Source: Glycera tridactyla (taxonomy: Eukaryota). Taken from it: a stretch of DNA of 64,000 nucleotides. The position numbers were made by a program, and so were the translations under genes. Positions 1 to 13,500 of the stretch are shown piece after piece (positions within the stretch are counted from its first letter, which is position 1; each line of letters begins with the position of its first letter). Where the stretch lies: positions 96,472,001 to 96,536,000 of the forward strand of contig OZ286461.1 of assembly GCA_965644265.1 (NCBI GenBank), in the 5' to 3' direction. The notes below the pieces were generated by a model. That model had not been told where the DNA came from. It saw only the letters and a list, made by a program, of their open reading frames with translations, and made no database searches.

Positions 1-14
1 CTTTCTTATTCTAG

Positions 15-2015
15 AATTACAAGAGGGATCCGTGCTGGCAGGACCAATATTGACTGCATTCATTGAGTCATCACAGGGTGGCACCACAATAGGACCCCTA
101 GTGACTACGACTGCTAGTGCCATCGTACAAGCCCTCACGGAACTAGGACCTGGTACTTGTCTCGAGCAGAATGAACTTGATCTCCTCGCCAGTGCACTCA
201 GTGGAATTGCCTCCTTGTAAGTTTTGATAATTCTTTGGCTATATCTGCCTCATAAATGCAGTTTCAATTTTCCATAGAGGACTGTACAGGCCACCATTGA
301 TTACTCAGATATGTTGGACGAGACATTTATAGATATTGTTCACTGTAAAATACTATCCTCATTATCGTCTACCATGGTTTTTGTGATCTCCGTTGGAGAT
401 CATTATGCTACCACCTCTCTGCTCGAAATGCTTTCTAACTTCGCTGATTCTGAATCTGGAGGCTGATATAATCAAACGAATATTGATCGGTTCTGTATAA
501 AAGGATCGAATGATCTAATCTAACACAATTTCAGGATGATTTATCGATCTGATTAATGACAATTTGAGGAAATGTAGCGATTACGTAATGGGCATTTCGC
601 CGTACATTCGTTTTTGTTGCCGATTACCGAAGCACACAGATACGACGGCTCAGAGATGTATAGCTACCCACAAATAGTAAATGCCTGTCAATCAAGTTCT
701 TTGGCCACGCCCACATCGGAAAATTAGTGCCTCTTGTTCACAACTCATTACCAGGTTTCATGGAGAAATACTAAACATACTGTTGGAATGATCATCTGTA
801 TTGATTCCTCGACATCCGACTGTCTTATCTGTATGCATAAATCTCGAAAAAAATCCGTTTTTGTTGATATGATCATTTGTAGGGGGGTAAAGTAGTGCTT
901 CTTGTTCACACCTCATTACCAGGTTTGATGGATCACTGCGCCGATTTATGAATGAAGTTGTAGATAGTGTGCGTAAAACCAGCCAATCAGAGATCAGCAC
1001 TCGCACGAATGACGTTGATTCGACGAATGCTTCAGTTTGTGATGGAACATGGCCCAAATTCCTGAAGGAGCGATTGTCATTATCACCGGAGATCACTCAG
1101 CGCAGCTTTGCGCTCTTGTTATAGGCAGGTGCCCTGGTACAACTTTGTATCAAGCAGATCCTATATGAAATTCACGAAGGGTTGGTTCTGTGTACCTTGG
1201 CAATATATACAATTGTACAAATGATTTGGTTCGTGATACGTAACATGGAACCTAACTTTCATTTTATTCTGACTTTGGATATTCATGTTTAGAGATCATG
1301 AGTTCTGGTCTAGCAGTTAGTGATGAACTTTCTGGAAATGACTGATTGTTGCAGGTTGGAGACAACGCTGACAGATATGCTGCAGCTTCTAGAGACCTCG
1401 GACCTGCCGGCAGATCTGGAGCTGGATATTGAAGTTGCTTTATCTGTGAGGAACACCCTCCGCGGTGTCATCAGTGAACTTCTGCAGAACCTTGGCGGAT
1501 CAATGATAAGTGTATTGGGTGAAGCCATCACAGATTTTGAGAACACCAACATCTTGGCTGCCATGTTGGAATTCCTTGGTGAGCATACAAATAAAACAAA
1601 GTACAACCTCGAGTTTCTCAATAGTGGCTCTTGACATTGTGAGTTTATTCACATTATTAGATCCAGCAGTTTTACCACACAATGATGCCAAACTAAGTTT
1701 GTTTACAATTTCTATCACTGTATTCTAAGTTGCACAACTGGTGCTAAACCGATTCATTTGAATCTAGACGTTTGTCCGTAAAGATCAGGTCTCTCTGTTA
1801 AGCAATGATCAGGAAGTTACTATATTGATGAATGATGCATTATCTTACCTAACGCAAGCTTTGTTGTAGTCTGTTGCTGAGAGTATGCTCGCCGTCATCC
1901 AAATTTCCAACACTGGCCCAGTATGGGAGTGACAATCCACCACGTCTGCAGCATGTTCTGCGTTTTTATGCCTCCGCCATATCATGGCGGATGGCATATA
2001 GTGTTTACCCTGTCA

Positions 2016-2047
<32 letters not shown>

Positions 2048-4580
2048 CCGCTCCGTGTCCGGCTCATAACTTTGCCATCCATGACTGGATTTTCATGAAA
2101 CTTGGCACACATCATCATCATATAAGGTTGATGTGTCCTGAGCAAGAACCGTCATGCTTGGGTGATTTCCCACCAAATGGTGGCCTCTGATTGGTCAATT
2201 CGTGTCCGGCCCATAACTTTGCCATCCATGACTGGATTTTCATAAAACTTGGTACACATGATCATCATATGAGGGCAATGTGTCATGAGCAAGAACCGTC
2301 ACGCTTGAGTGATTTCCTGCCAAATGGTGGCCTCTGATTGGTCAATTCATGTAAGGCCTATAACTTTGCCATCCATGACTGGATTCTTATATAACTTGGT
2401 ACATGATAGAATTCTCAAATAAATCGGTACACATGACCATCATATGAAGACATGTTATGTGCAAAAATTGTGATGCTCACTCATAGGTCAGGGTGTCAGT
2501 GGAGGCATCCGTGTCCTATGGACACCTTTCTAGTTGATATATGTATTTCGGTATAAGACCTTGCAAGTGATGCCCTCATCTCCAGCTGACTTGACCTGCT
2601 GGATGTACATGTTTTTGTGTGTTTTTGTTGGAATCCTCACAACCGGTGTTTAGTTCATGCACTATGGATGAACATTGGCATGTATTTGATTCAATACTTT
2701 TGTGCTTTTCATTAGTAATTTTGTGATTATCTGTATTGGCATTTCTTTTGATATAAACAAATTTCAGCATCACCAGAACCAAAAAACCCAGAATGTCAGA
2801 AAAAAATGCTCCCCAATCGTTTCTGCCCCTCTTCATGAATGTCGCCCATATAAAGGCAGTTTACTTGACTATACCACTTGTATGTAGTGGATCTCATCGG
2901 CAGATGATGTAGGATGCCCCAGCAGTCAGGCAGTGAGACACCTGAGATATGATTTGTTTTGGTGAATATTGCAGGCGAGATGATTCCGCATTTGAACTTC
3001 GCCTTCCTTCATGACATCGGTTTGAGTCTCCCTTCACTCACACTACCAGGTCAGTAGCTTCCCCAGCATCAGATTAACTGGATTAAATGAAGGCTTGAGT
3101 CGTCATTTAGCCTAGTTCGACCACTGAACTGGGCCTGAAACCGGAAAAAGATATAGCTATTGACATCACAAACGAGGTGAAATTGAATCGGTGCACTGAT
3201 GCCAAATGGTGAATTTGTATCGTATTTCTAGTCATGGAAGAAGTTAATAAGACTGAAGCTTCACTTTGATCATACTATCGGCACTGGGGCTTTCATTTCA
3301 AATGTGTTCTTATTTCGAGTAGTACCTGTCCTCATATTACCTTGATCATATTTGAATCCTCCGCCGAATCCATGCTTGCAAGATAGTCGCCATATTCTAT
3401 ATTAAAAACAAGATATCCTGTTGGAAGACGTGCTTTTCGGGAGCACTTAGTGCAGGAATTTACTCATAAATCTTTCAACTTCTATGTTTAATGATGCCAG
3501 GGTGGTAGTTGGCAGGATGTCCTGATAGTCCTTATAGGGTTGAAACGATGAACACCAAACTATTCATAAACCATAACCCAAGTCCATCCAATGGGCTTCT
3601 CGATATAGCCATACGCTGTTGACTAGATACGTTGGTCTAATTCCACCTATATTCTAAAACCAGATTTGTCTGGATTGTTGGACGCTGCGATGTCTGCGAT
3701 TACGCTACCGTTGTCTGGGGCCACGCTGATCATGGACCTGACCCTGGATGGACTGCTGGGCATCGCTACCACCATCACCGACATCATCGCTGGTGTACTC
3801 TCGGATGCCGGCATCGAATTCTGCGCTACAGGTCTACCAGTCAATCTGGCCACCTTCGTTGTGGGTGAGTACCATTCTGACTTAAAATCAACTACATTTA
3901 ATTTCATTTTGTCCCGAATTCATGTGGAACATGCATTTCGAGTACCTAGATGGGTATAAGATCACAGTGCGAATTAAGTGGACATCAAACCAATCTGTTC
4001 TCCTGCCTAATCATTCATTGTGTTAAAAGATGGGTCAGATATATGTATGAACGCACAACTGTGTACATCCAATACATTACCAAAATCGTATTCGGGGTAG
4101 ACGAGGATACTTAATGGTAATGGTAATGGGCGTCACGCCATCATACAAACTCCTACAGCGATGATCATCTCACATTGGCCTTGAAACATTTAGCCTACAG
4201 CAATATGTGGGATTGAACGACTTCCAAGTAAGTCATATTTCGAGTAACATTTGAAAAATACCGCAATGAGAGTGTATAGGCCCACCTACAAGCCCCGAAC
4301 TTTGCGCTGCAACATCCCCACCTACTCTTTAGTTTCAAAATGACATCGACAACTATAAAACAAATAAAATTGGTTGCAGGTGGAGTTGGCACATTGTTGA
4401 CGCGGCCATTTGACGGAGCTTTAGAGAACACGGTGATGACTTTGATGGACGGGGCGGACCTGGACACCTCGACCCTGGCTCAGGTACACAGCCTGCTGGA
4501 GACTAGGATGAACCAGCTGGATGACATCATGGACGACACCTTCTCTGACGGACTGGCCGTCCTCGAGGACGTCCTGCCCA
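15..4580 (+). CDS. Cassette 1 exons: A1 15-216, B1 1355-1578, C1 2975-3049, D1 3664-3864, E1 4380-4580
   Basis: A1 ...LGPGTCLEQNELDLL; B1 is 224 nt (one extra codon); C1 GEMIPHLNF; D1 ...AGIEFCATGLPVN; E1 LLTRPFDGAL...QVH. Canonical splice sites. Confidence 0.92.
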
Positions 4581-7500
4581 GTGAGTACCATCGAATCACA
4601 CACCTTCACTATTCTGAGAATGTAGCGAGTCCACATTCTGGGATTCACCCTAGGATTCACTGCCTGGCGTTATTAGGTTTGACAAGATTTCTTGTTGAAA
4701 TGATTGTCAATGTTTCTCTTATCAATTGTATTACAAGAATGTCCACTTGATATTTTCCCTTCGGTGCTCTTAACCATCGACCAGAGGATTGACATTTGAC
4801 GTTTCATCAAAGTGGTTATATTCATACTAATTTTCGATTCACTGCATTTCATCATTTCGATGACTTCGTGCAAAACTAGGCTAACTTCCTATAAATTCAA
4901 GCCTAGTTTTGCACTGAACCATCGATTTGCAGATGGCGGAATTCTATATAAAAACTATACAACCCTTCAATCATCGATCGAGAAACTGTCTCATGCTCAT
5001 TAAACTATTGCCTGTCTTGCCAATTTACTTTTATAATACTCTGAGAAGATGAATTGCTAAGAGAAGAATGAACAGATCAACTTTTCTAGGCGCTAACAGT
5101 GCTGCCATGCTGAGGTGACAAAGTACACAAAACCAGATCACTCCCTGATTCTGGGTGGCTTCATTTCAGATATTCGGTTATCGCCGGAGTTAGGAGAGAC
5201 GATTGTGGCGGATTTCATGACCGGTTTCCAAGCTGGTGAGGCCATTGTTTCCCTGGTGCCCACCCTGGCTGGCGGGATGATAGACGCTCTGGTTGATCTT
5301 GGGGATGGCAGATGTCTGACAGAGCAGGAACTCTCCCTCATCAGCGACACATTGATGCAAATACCAACACTGTAAGTGTCCTACTCGGGATGTATCCCTG
5401 TCCTGGGTATATCTATCTCACGGGTATCTATAATTGGTCTCTGTTTGATGTCTAGAATCATTGACATGCCATTATTCAACATTGATAAACCATTGAATTT
5501 TATCGAATACGCCTTGTTACTGATCAAAACAAGGTGTAAACAATATTGCTATACAAAATGCAATCTCTGCACTTGGACCATACCCCCATATATCAATGAA
5601 ACGGATCGCATGATCGAGTCGGATGAAGTCAATAAGGCTGCAGATCACCTATTCCAACTAGACATCATGAAGTTGAGACAAATCTCAACATCGTCACTGT
5701 ACTCACAAAAGTTGGTTCCCACTCATGAAACCAGTAGATAGACGATTGGATAGCAACTGACGTACGTTTAACGTAGCCACCCCTCATCTCGATTTAGGAC
5801 AGCGGTTTACGACACAATCTAGAAATGTTGAATAATGAACAGGTTAAATATTGTGAGGAACTGAACCGGCATCTCCTTCAAATGAGTACATGTTAGTACA
5901 TACTGAAAGTCCATATATGACAGTCGGGATTGTCCCCTTACTTTAGCCGGGATTATGGAGGAATCCCAAATGATCCCACCAATGCTCTTCGCACGGGCAT
6001 CATAATATAGAACCGATGGTGCCATTGAAACGTAGAACCACCCGCGATCTCGGAAGTCGCGGAACGATGCATGGTCCAGTCAAGAAAATACAATCGAATC
6101 TGTCTCCCGACCACTTCTGACCAGGGAGATAACCGATGATGGTTAGTCATAACATTTGGCGAGACTAAACTCTTCTTCCCTAGAAACGGAGTAGCATCTT
6201 CATAAATGGTGCTGGTTCGGAGTAGTACTCTTTGTATGTCGTTTGACGGTGTCCATCTGATCTCTGGTTACAGGCTGGGGCAAGTAGAGGCCTCTATGCT
6301 AGAGTTCCTGCAGACTGCACCTCTTCCCATCGAGGTGACCCTGGACGCCGAGCTGAGTCTGCAGGTGTCGGGTGTACTTCAGGGCGCCATCTCCGAGCTG
6401 ATTGCTCACCTTCAGCAACTTGTACCTGCCCTTGAAGATGCCATCATCAACGCTAACCCAGCAAATACCATCGGTGCTATCTTACAGTTTGCTGGTATGT
6501 GGATTGCAGGATACTTTGTCAAATCCATTTTCAATAAACCCTTCTTGGTCAAAAACAATGCTTTCTGACTGTCACCCTCTCGCGCAGACTCGTGTCCCAT
6601 GTTCTGAATTGATCGTTAATGAAATAGACTACCTTGGAAAATGTGGCTTAGGAGTCTTACAATCGATATTTGGTTGAAATAACCGATGACCTCAGATACA
6701 AATCTGAGTTATCAGTATTACCAATCTGCATTGTAGTTATTCTCTCTGCAGACAATTTATTCAGCAAACAAATAACTTGTTCTATTCTAGGAAAATGGCT
6801 GATACCTGAATGTAGGTTGGCCCCAACCTTATTGGCAGGATATTTGTTGCACGGCTAGAAAGTATTCTGAATATTGGTTTTGAAGAACTCATTCCAGTTT
6901 GAATCTTGCCAAGGAATAAGATTGTTTACCCCTCGGCAGTTTACAAATATTCAATGATGTGGAGCATAGATATTGAAGTTACATCGCGCATTTTGTCAGT
7001 GAACTGAGACCGCTATCCTTAAATAACCACAAATTTTGACTGGTTCGTTCACACCAAATGAAACATGTCTTTGTAAATGACCCAAATTTCACATCCCTCC
7101 CAGAGGGCAATCCTCGAACTTCTATTGGGAGTATATCAACTTTTTTCGCATATGTTTAGGGGAGTTGACGCCTCACTTGAGCCTGGATTTCCTGTTGAAT
7201 GAAGTATTGCCGGGTAAGTTTGGAGCAATTGAAGTTGGAATCAACTTTTTCTCCCTAGAAATAACATTAGTATCTATACATGTATCATACTCCAAATGTA
7301 CTGGTACTAATAGAAGTATCCTTGGGGCCTCTGTTCTGTGAATATGATTGGTAGTCACCTTATTTGTGAATATATCAATGGACTATGAAATAACATTCGG
7401 ATTCCGAATGCGAATGATCTTTAACCCCTTCTGAAACCATACATTGAGCACGGCCGCAATGGTCGTCAACATTCTACCTAAAGCGGTCTTTTTTATTTCA

Positions 7501-10500
7501 GTGTGCCCAGGTAGACGTTCTCGACAGAGGATTTTAGTGCTTCCATGATAATTGAGCTGAAATGAGTGAATTTCGTACATATAAATCACATTTTGTAGGC
7601 ATTTTTCCTCCAGATTTGTCGGTGTTGCTGGAGACTGCCCTTTCTGAGATCAGCCTACCGGTGGCGGGAGCTACGCTGGTCACGGAGCTTGCTGCTGACG
7701 AGTTCCTGGCGCTCTCCGCAAGCATCTTTGATGTCCTCCAATATATGATCGAGGCTACTGGCCTAGACTTCTGCTCCGATGGATTACCCAGAAATGAAGT
7801 CACACTAGTAGTTGGTGAGTGGATTTGACTGAATTTAGTTCACTTCGCAGGTGGGTGGGACAATCCTCGTGAAGTAGTGTCTTGAGCTAAACAATGTCCT
7901 GAACATTTGCTTAGGTTAGCAAAATATGTGCTAGTGGTATATATGGGCTGGTGGTATATATGGGCTGGTGGTATATATGGGCTGGTGGTATATATGGGCT
8001 GGTGGTATATATGGGCTGGTGGTATATATGGACTGGTGGTATATATGGACTGGCTTGAAAAAATGTTTTATTTGCAGGTGTGGTCGAGAATCTGCTGACC
8101 TTCCCATTTCAAGGACCTCTGCACACGACGATCCTGAACCTGTTGGACTCACAGGACCTGGATGAAGCTACCCTGGAGCAGGTTCACCAAATCCTCGAAC
8201 TGAGAATGAGCCAGATGGATAATCTTATCTCGCCATTCTTCGCTGAACGAGTCGAAACTCTGGAGGGAATTCTCCCTGGTGAGTTGAAACTGGTGTTGTG
8301 ATAGGATATCAATCTGATCTGAAAACTCATCGCTACTCAAGTTACGGTATATCGAAAACTGTGCATTCAAACTTGCTATAACGCCCTTCTCCAAATTACT
8401 GACCAGAAGTACTGCACCTATTATCTGCCACAAAAGATATTTTTCGCCCTGTTCGACATTAAGTTTTATGCTGGCAGAATTCCATCCCGATAATTTCAAT
8501 CATGTGAAAACTTTTCGTATTTAATATTCAATAGATCCGTTTAATATTCAACAATCCATAAGTCGGGTATATGTACCCTCTGTAATGTGGGAACCTGTCT
8601 CTTTTACTGTTTTACCAGCTGGGATTTGTATTTTAGGATTACTCATTGAATTTGTCATCTCACATACAATTAGCTATAATTTGATTGTTTGGTAGTTAAG
8701 ATTTACTGGAGGGGGGGGGGGGGCGACTCACTTGCGAGTACATCCCTTACCGAGCACAAAGGTATTAGAATCCTTCACATCCTTGCATCTCTTCAGGAGT
8801 TGGGATTATACAAGGGTGATTGTTGGCCCCGTTGTTTTCAGAGCTGTCGTCGGCTGCCAGCGAGGCCGGGTCGCTGCTGGCGGAGTGCATGTCTCTCTTC
8901 CTGGAGGGCCGCACAGCCGAGGACCTTGTCGGCACCGCCGCAAACAGCATGTACAATGTCCTCGTCTCACTCGCCCCAGGGGACTGTCTCCCCGATAACC
9001 AAGTCGCACTTCTGGAGGAGGCACTGGAAGGAATTCCGGACTTGTGAGTTACCGTATGCTATCAAATCTGTTCCAAAAAGAAATTTCAAAATGGAAAAAT
9101 TTGAATCAAAATATATCAAATATGTGGACTAGTAGGTTTCGGAGCCTTCAGACCACCCTTGGTTGTGGTCTTTGTATGCGGGGGACCATTGTAGATGTGA
9201 TACTGTGAGAAATACTATCGCGGTCACTGCTCGGGGTGACTTTTGAAGTATATACTGTCGAACCTGCTAGACCTCTTAAACAATCTATCACGAGTATTAT
9301 TTGAGATTCTTGATAATCTTTCGGTGTCCTGTGAAACATGGAAAGATGAGATGTATAGTAACGCTAATCATATCATGCTGGATAGTTGGCAAGTTCGTTC
9401 GATCTGTTTCTCGGTAGGTTGGAAGAAGTGTACACGTCTCTGGTTGAGTTGGTAGACACGGAGGTTCTACCGTCTGAATTGCAGCTGGCCGGTGATCTGA
9501 ACGCATTGCTGATGAACACGTTACGCGGGGCTGTCTTTGAACTCGTACAAAACCTGGAAATAACAATACCCGACTTACGGGAAGCTCTCCTCCAGGGCAA
9601 TCATCCTAACGTGATCAACATCCTTCTGCAGTTCTTCGGTAAGTAATGCTCATAGGCGTTTTATTCAGATTTTGAACACCGGATGTATCAGTATTGATTG
9701 AACTGCTGCGGAATCGTAGAATCAGAAGCGCGGGAAGGTCCTCTAGCGGTGCCAATATTAACTGATAGTTTCCAAGAGTGACACTTGTGTCCACCCTTGC
9801 AAATTGCAAGTCGATACCACGGGAGATGGTGTTTACTATCAATAATAGATGTTCACGGTCACCGAACCCTGTAGAGTAATGCTAATGTTAGATATCTTGA
9901 AGATTATCTATATTTTTCATGTTACCTAAAGAATTGGAGAACCTTTCGAACGTAAGCTTTGTATTCTCTCAACTTTGAAACCGATTGCCCGAGATCCTAG
10001 TCTTTTTGGCTCACACTGGCCATAATAGAATAGGTGAAAACCTTTTGGATCCGATCAAAACTGTTCAACTTTTCCTTAGTGCTAAAAGATAGGCCAATCT
10101 TGACAAGACCAGCAAAATTCCATTGCAAAAGAGCTACACTTATATTAGCATCCGTCGACGTTGCATATCATTGTCATATTACACAATGAGAACTGGAATA
10201 AACCCCACCAGCAGAATTAATAACTCGTGTTGGCAATTGAAGTGAAACCGTCTAAAGGGTAATTGTAAGCTTCTGAATCTAGAAATTGCATATCTGTGAT
10301 GAAATGAACCATTTAACTTGTTATGAGTGTGTTGCTTTGTGTTTAGGTCAACTGACACCAAACATGAACATAGACTTCCTCTTGGAACTTCTCCCACCAG
10401 ATGTCGAGTTCGGTAAGTAAATCACAACTGATCACATTGATCGAGTGCTTCCTGAACTCTACATGTCCATGTACGATCCCCACGTCCTCCCATATTTTCA

Positions 10501-13500
10501 TCTGACAAAACATAAAGGACTCCTTGAGTGTTGGTGAATTTCATCAATTTCCACCTTCCGCTGGGGACCCGGCAGGAGGAGTCATGAATAATCCCACCCA
10601 CGCACATCTGGCGCTTGTGTGGTTGGTTAGGATGGTTCTTGTTGAACATCAATCGACCAACAAAGCACACTATCCACCCACCCGCCAAGCAACCCACTAG
10701 CCACCCACCAATCAACCAAGCTACCCGCCACCCTCCCAATCACTTCTTCCATGTGATACGTGTACATCTTGTCTGCAGATTTGAGTGCGCTGCTTGACGC
10801 CGCCATAGCTGAGATGGGGCTTCCGGTTCCTGAGGCGACGCTTATGACGGACCTGAGCTTGGAGCAGATGACTGACCTGGCCTCTACAGTGACTGGCCTT
10901 ACTGAGTACCTGGTCGATGCCTCCGGTCTAGAAATGTGTGAAGTGGGAATATCCAGCAACGTCGTCACCTTAGTCTTCGGTGAGACCCGCCCCTGATATT
11001 TAGTTTCAATATTCTGACTTCATCTAAGGGATGCAATTGGGGGTCAGCGTTAATAGCCTTCCTAATATTAAATCTCTATTGGTCAATTCCAAGGTAGCAA
11101 CATATGGCACGAGCCCTCGAGTTTTAAATGACCTGATATGGGGTCTCACTGGGTTTTAGACACTGTTTATTCTTCGCCGAACGCGTAGCTATGGTTGTGC
11201 CAAAGAACCTTACCGTAACTCAAAGATCGTAACGGGCTCGGGTAAATTTCAGTCCATGTGGAGCAAAACTTGAAATCTGGAAAACCTGATTGAACTAGTC
11301 TGTCTTGCTACTCATTTCTCAAGACCTCTCGCTTTCTAAGCCCGAGAAGGCATCAAACTCTTGTAAGTCGAAGGTGACAAGACCAGGTCAGATACGATGA
11401 TGACTCCTCACTCACTATGTGATGAATTCTCGGTTTGCAGGTGCTGTACTGAATCTGTTGACTCTACCCTTCCACGGTCCCCTCTACCATACAATCCTCA
11501 CCTTGTTAGACGACCAGGGGCTGGATGCTGCCACCCTGGACCAGGTTCATCAGTTGCTAGACACACGTCTCACACAGATGGACACACTAATGGGCGAGAC
11601 CTTCGCTGATGACCTTGAACTTCTGCAACAAGTGCTACCAGGTGGGTCAAGATACACTGCTACCCGAAGGGCCATGGACTTTTGAACAGTAGCAGCCTCC
11701 GAGTATAGCTCGAATGTACTATGGAATGCTACCAATCGTCAAGGGTACAACTGTTCATGACTTAATACTTGGTGTATGTATCTACCAGATAATAGTCAGT
11801 CTTTTGCAAACTGTCGATATATATTATCTAAATAATTCATTCACCTTGCCCATTCTAAATTCATTAGCACTGCCATCTTGAATGACTTATCGTCGCAGAT
11901 TAGCGCCTGGGTACTTCCGGTTGCTATCAACACCATATACTCCAAACATTTACCAGCTACTTTCACTGACAACCTTCATAGTTTCATCTTGTGTTTGTTG
12001 AACTGACGCTTGAAAGGGACGGAACATGAAGCTCTCAGACCAGGTTCACTGCATACGTAATCTTCTAGGTCAATACAAGACATTTAAAGTAAGCAAACGA
12101 AACCATTGAGAGCGACCAATCGCGTCCCAATATTCAAGCAGCACCGCAACTATGTGGTATTAAGGAAATATCAGAAGTAAATTTGTGGCTTCTTTGCAGG
12201 GCTGGAGCAGGGAATGGAGCTAACAGGAAGTGCCTTAGTTGAAATCATTGGTCAGTACCAGTCTGGCGAGACGGTGGCAGAATTTGTTAGCTCACTGACT
12301 ACTGGCCTGGCTGATGGCCTACTCCACCTGGGAGCTGGTACATGTCTACTAGAAGACGAGATGACGCTACTGGACACTACTCTCGCTGCCATACCAGCCC
12401 TGTAAGTAGGAATTATCTTAATACATGACACTTGAGTTGATAATTGCTGGCCATCGCAATGTAGGTCACTAAGAATTTGATGGTTATTCCTACTTTTCCA
12501 CCGTTCTGCCTCCCTATAGTAGTTTATGGACTGCACGAGGGGTGGTTGCAATCTGGATGTTCTGTTTCCTGCATTCATCTGGAACGCACGATGTATGTTT
12601 AATCATGTCTTCGGATACCACCCTTTGCCAATCCACCGGGACACATACACCAACCACGGGATACGAACATCCTGCGGTGTCTCATACCTTCTCTCGTATT
12701 TAAACTCCTAGATGCACCAATCGATTATTTGCAGGTTGGGTAGTGCGCATGTGTCGTTATTGGAGCTGATCGAGAGCGAGGCTGAGACTGAGTTGGTTCT
12801 ATCAGCTGAGGTCGGTCTACAGGTGACTAACGCCTTGCAGGGGGCCGTGTATCAGCTTACTCAGGACCTGGAGTTGCTCATCCCCATCCTTCGAGATGCT
12901 CTCATAACGGCAGATCATAGCAACATCCTAGAATCCATCATCACATTCCTAGGTACGCTGATAATACACTGGATTCCTTACAAAACTAGGCACAAATCTG
13001 GGCACAACAAATCCGATTTCAACAACACTTGTACAGTTGTTTTCAGGGCCGTCGGCTTCCTTCTGAATGATACACTCTCGAGTAATCTGCTGATGGCAGT
13101 GCAGGTAGACGTATATTTGACTGCCACTTCCACTTGGTCTTTCTCGATAGTTTTGTGTTTAGGGTCTGAATTTTTGAAATGAATTCTGACATATCGATAC
13201 GAAAGGTGGTTGTAGTTTTGTATTGTTTGTTTAGGTCAAATGCTACCACAACTCAACTTGGAGACCCTCTTGGGAAACCTACCCACTTTTCCGATATCAG
13301 CGGAGGATATTCTGTCTGGTGAGTATAGAACAATAAGTAGTGGTATCCTAATATTTTCCCTTCAGTAAACTGACAAATCCTAGAGCGGAACGAAATTGCC
13401 GATCGATTGCTCCGAGAGACGAAATGTAAATTTCAGACACTGGCGACGTGAGGGTTTTTAGTGACCCCTTTCCGAGCACACTGCATGGGCGTCACCTGTG

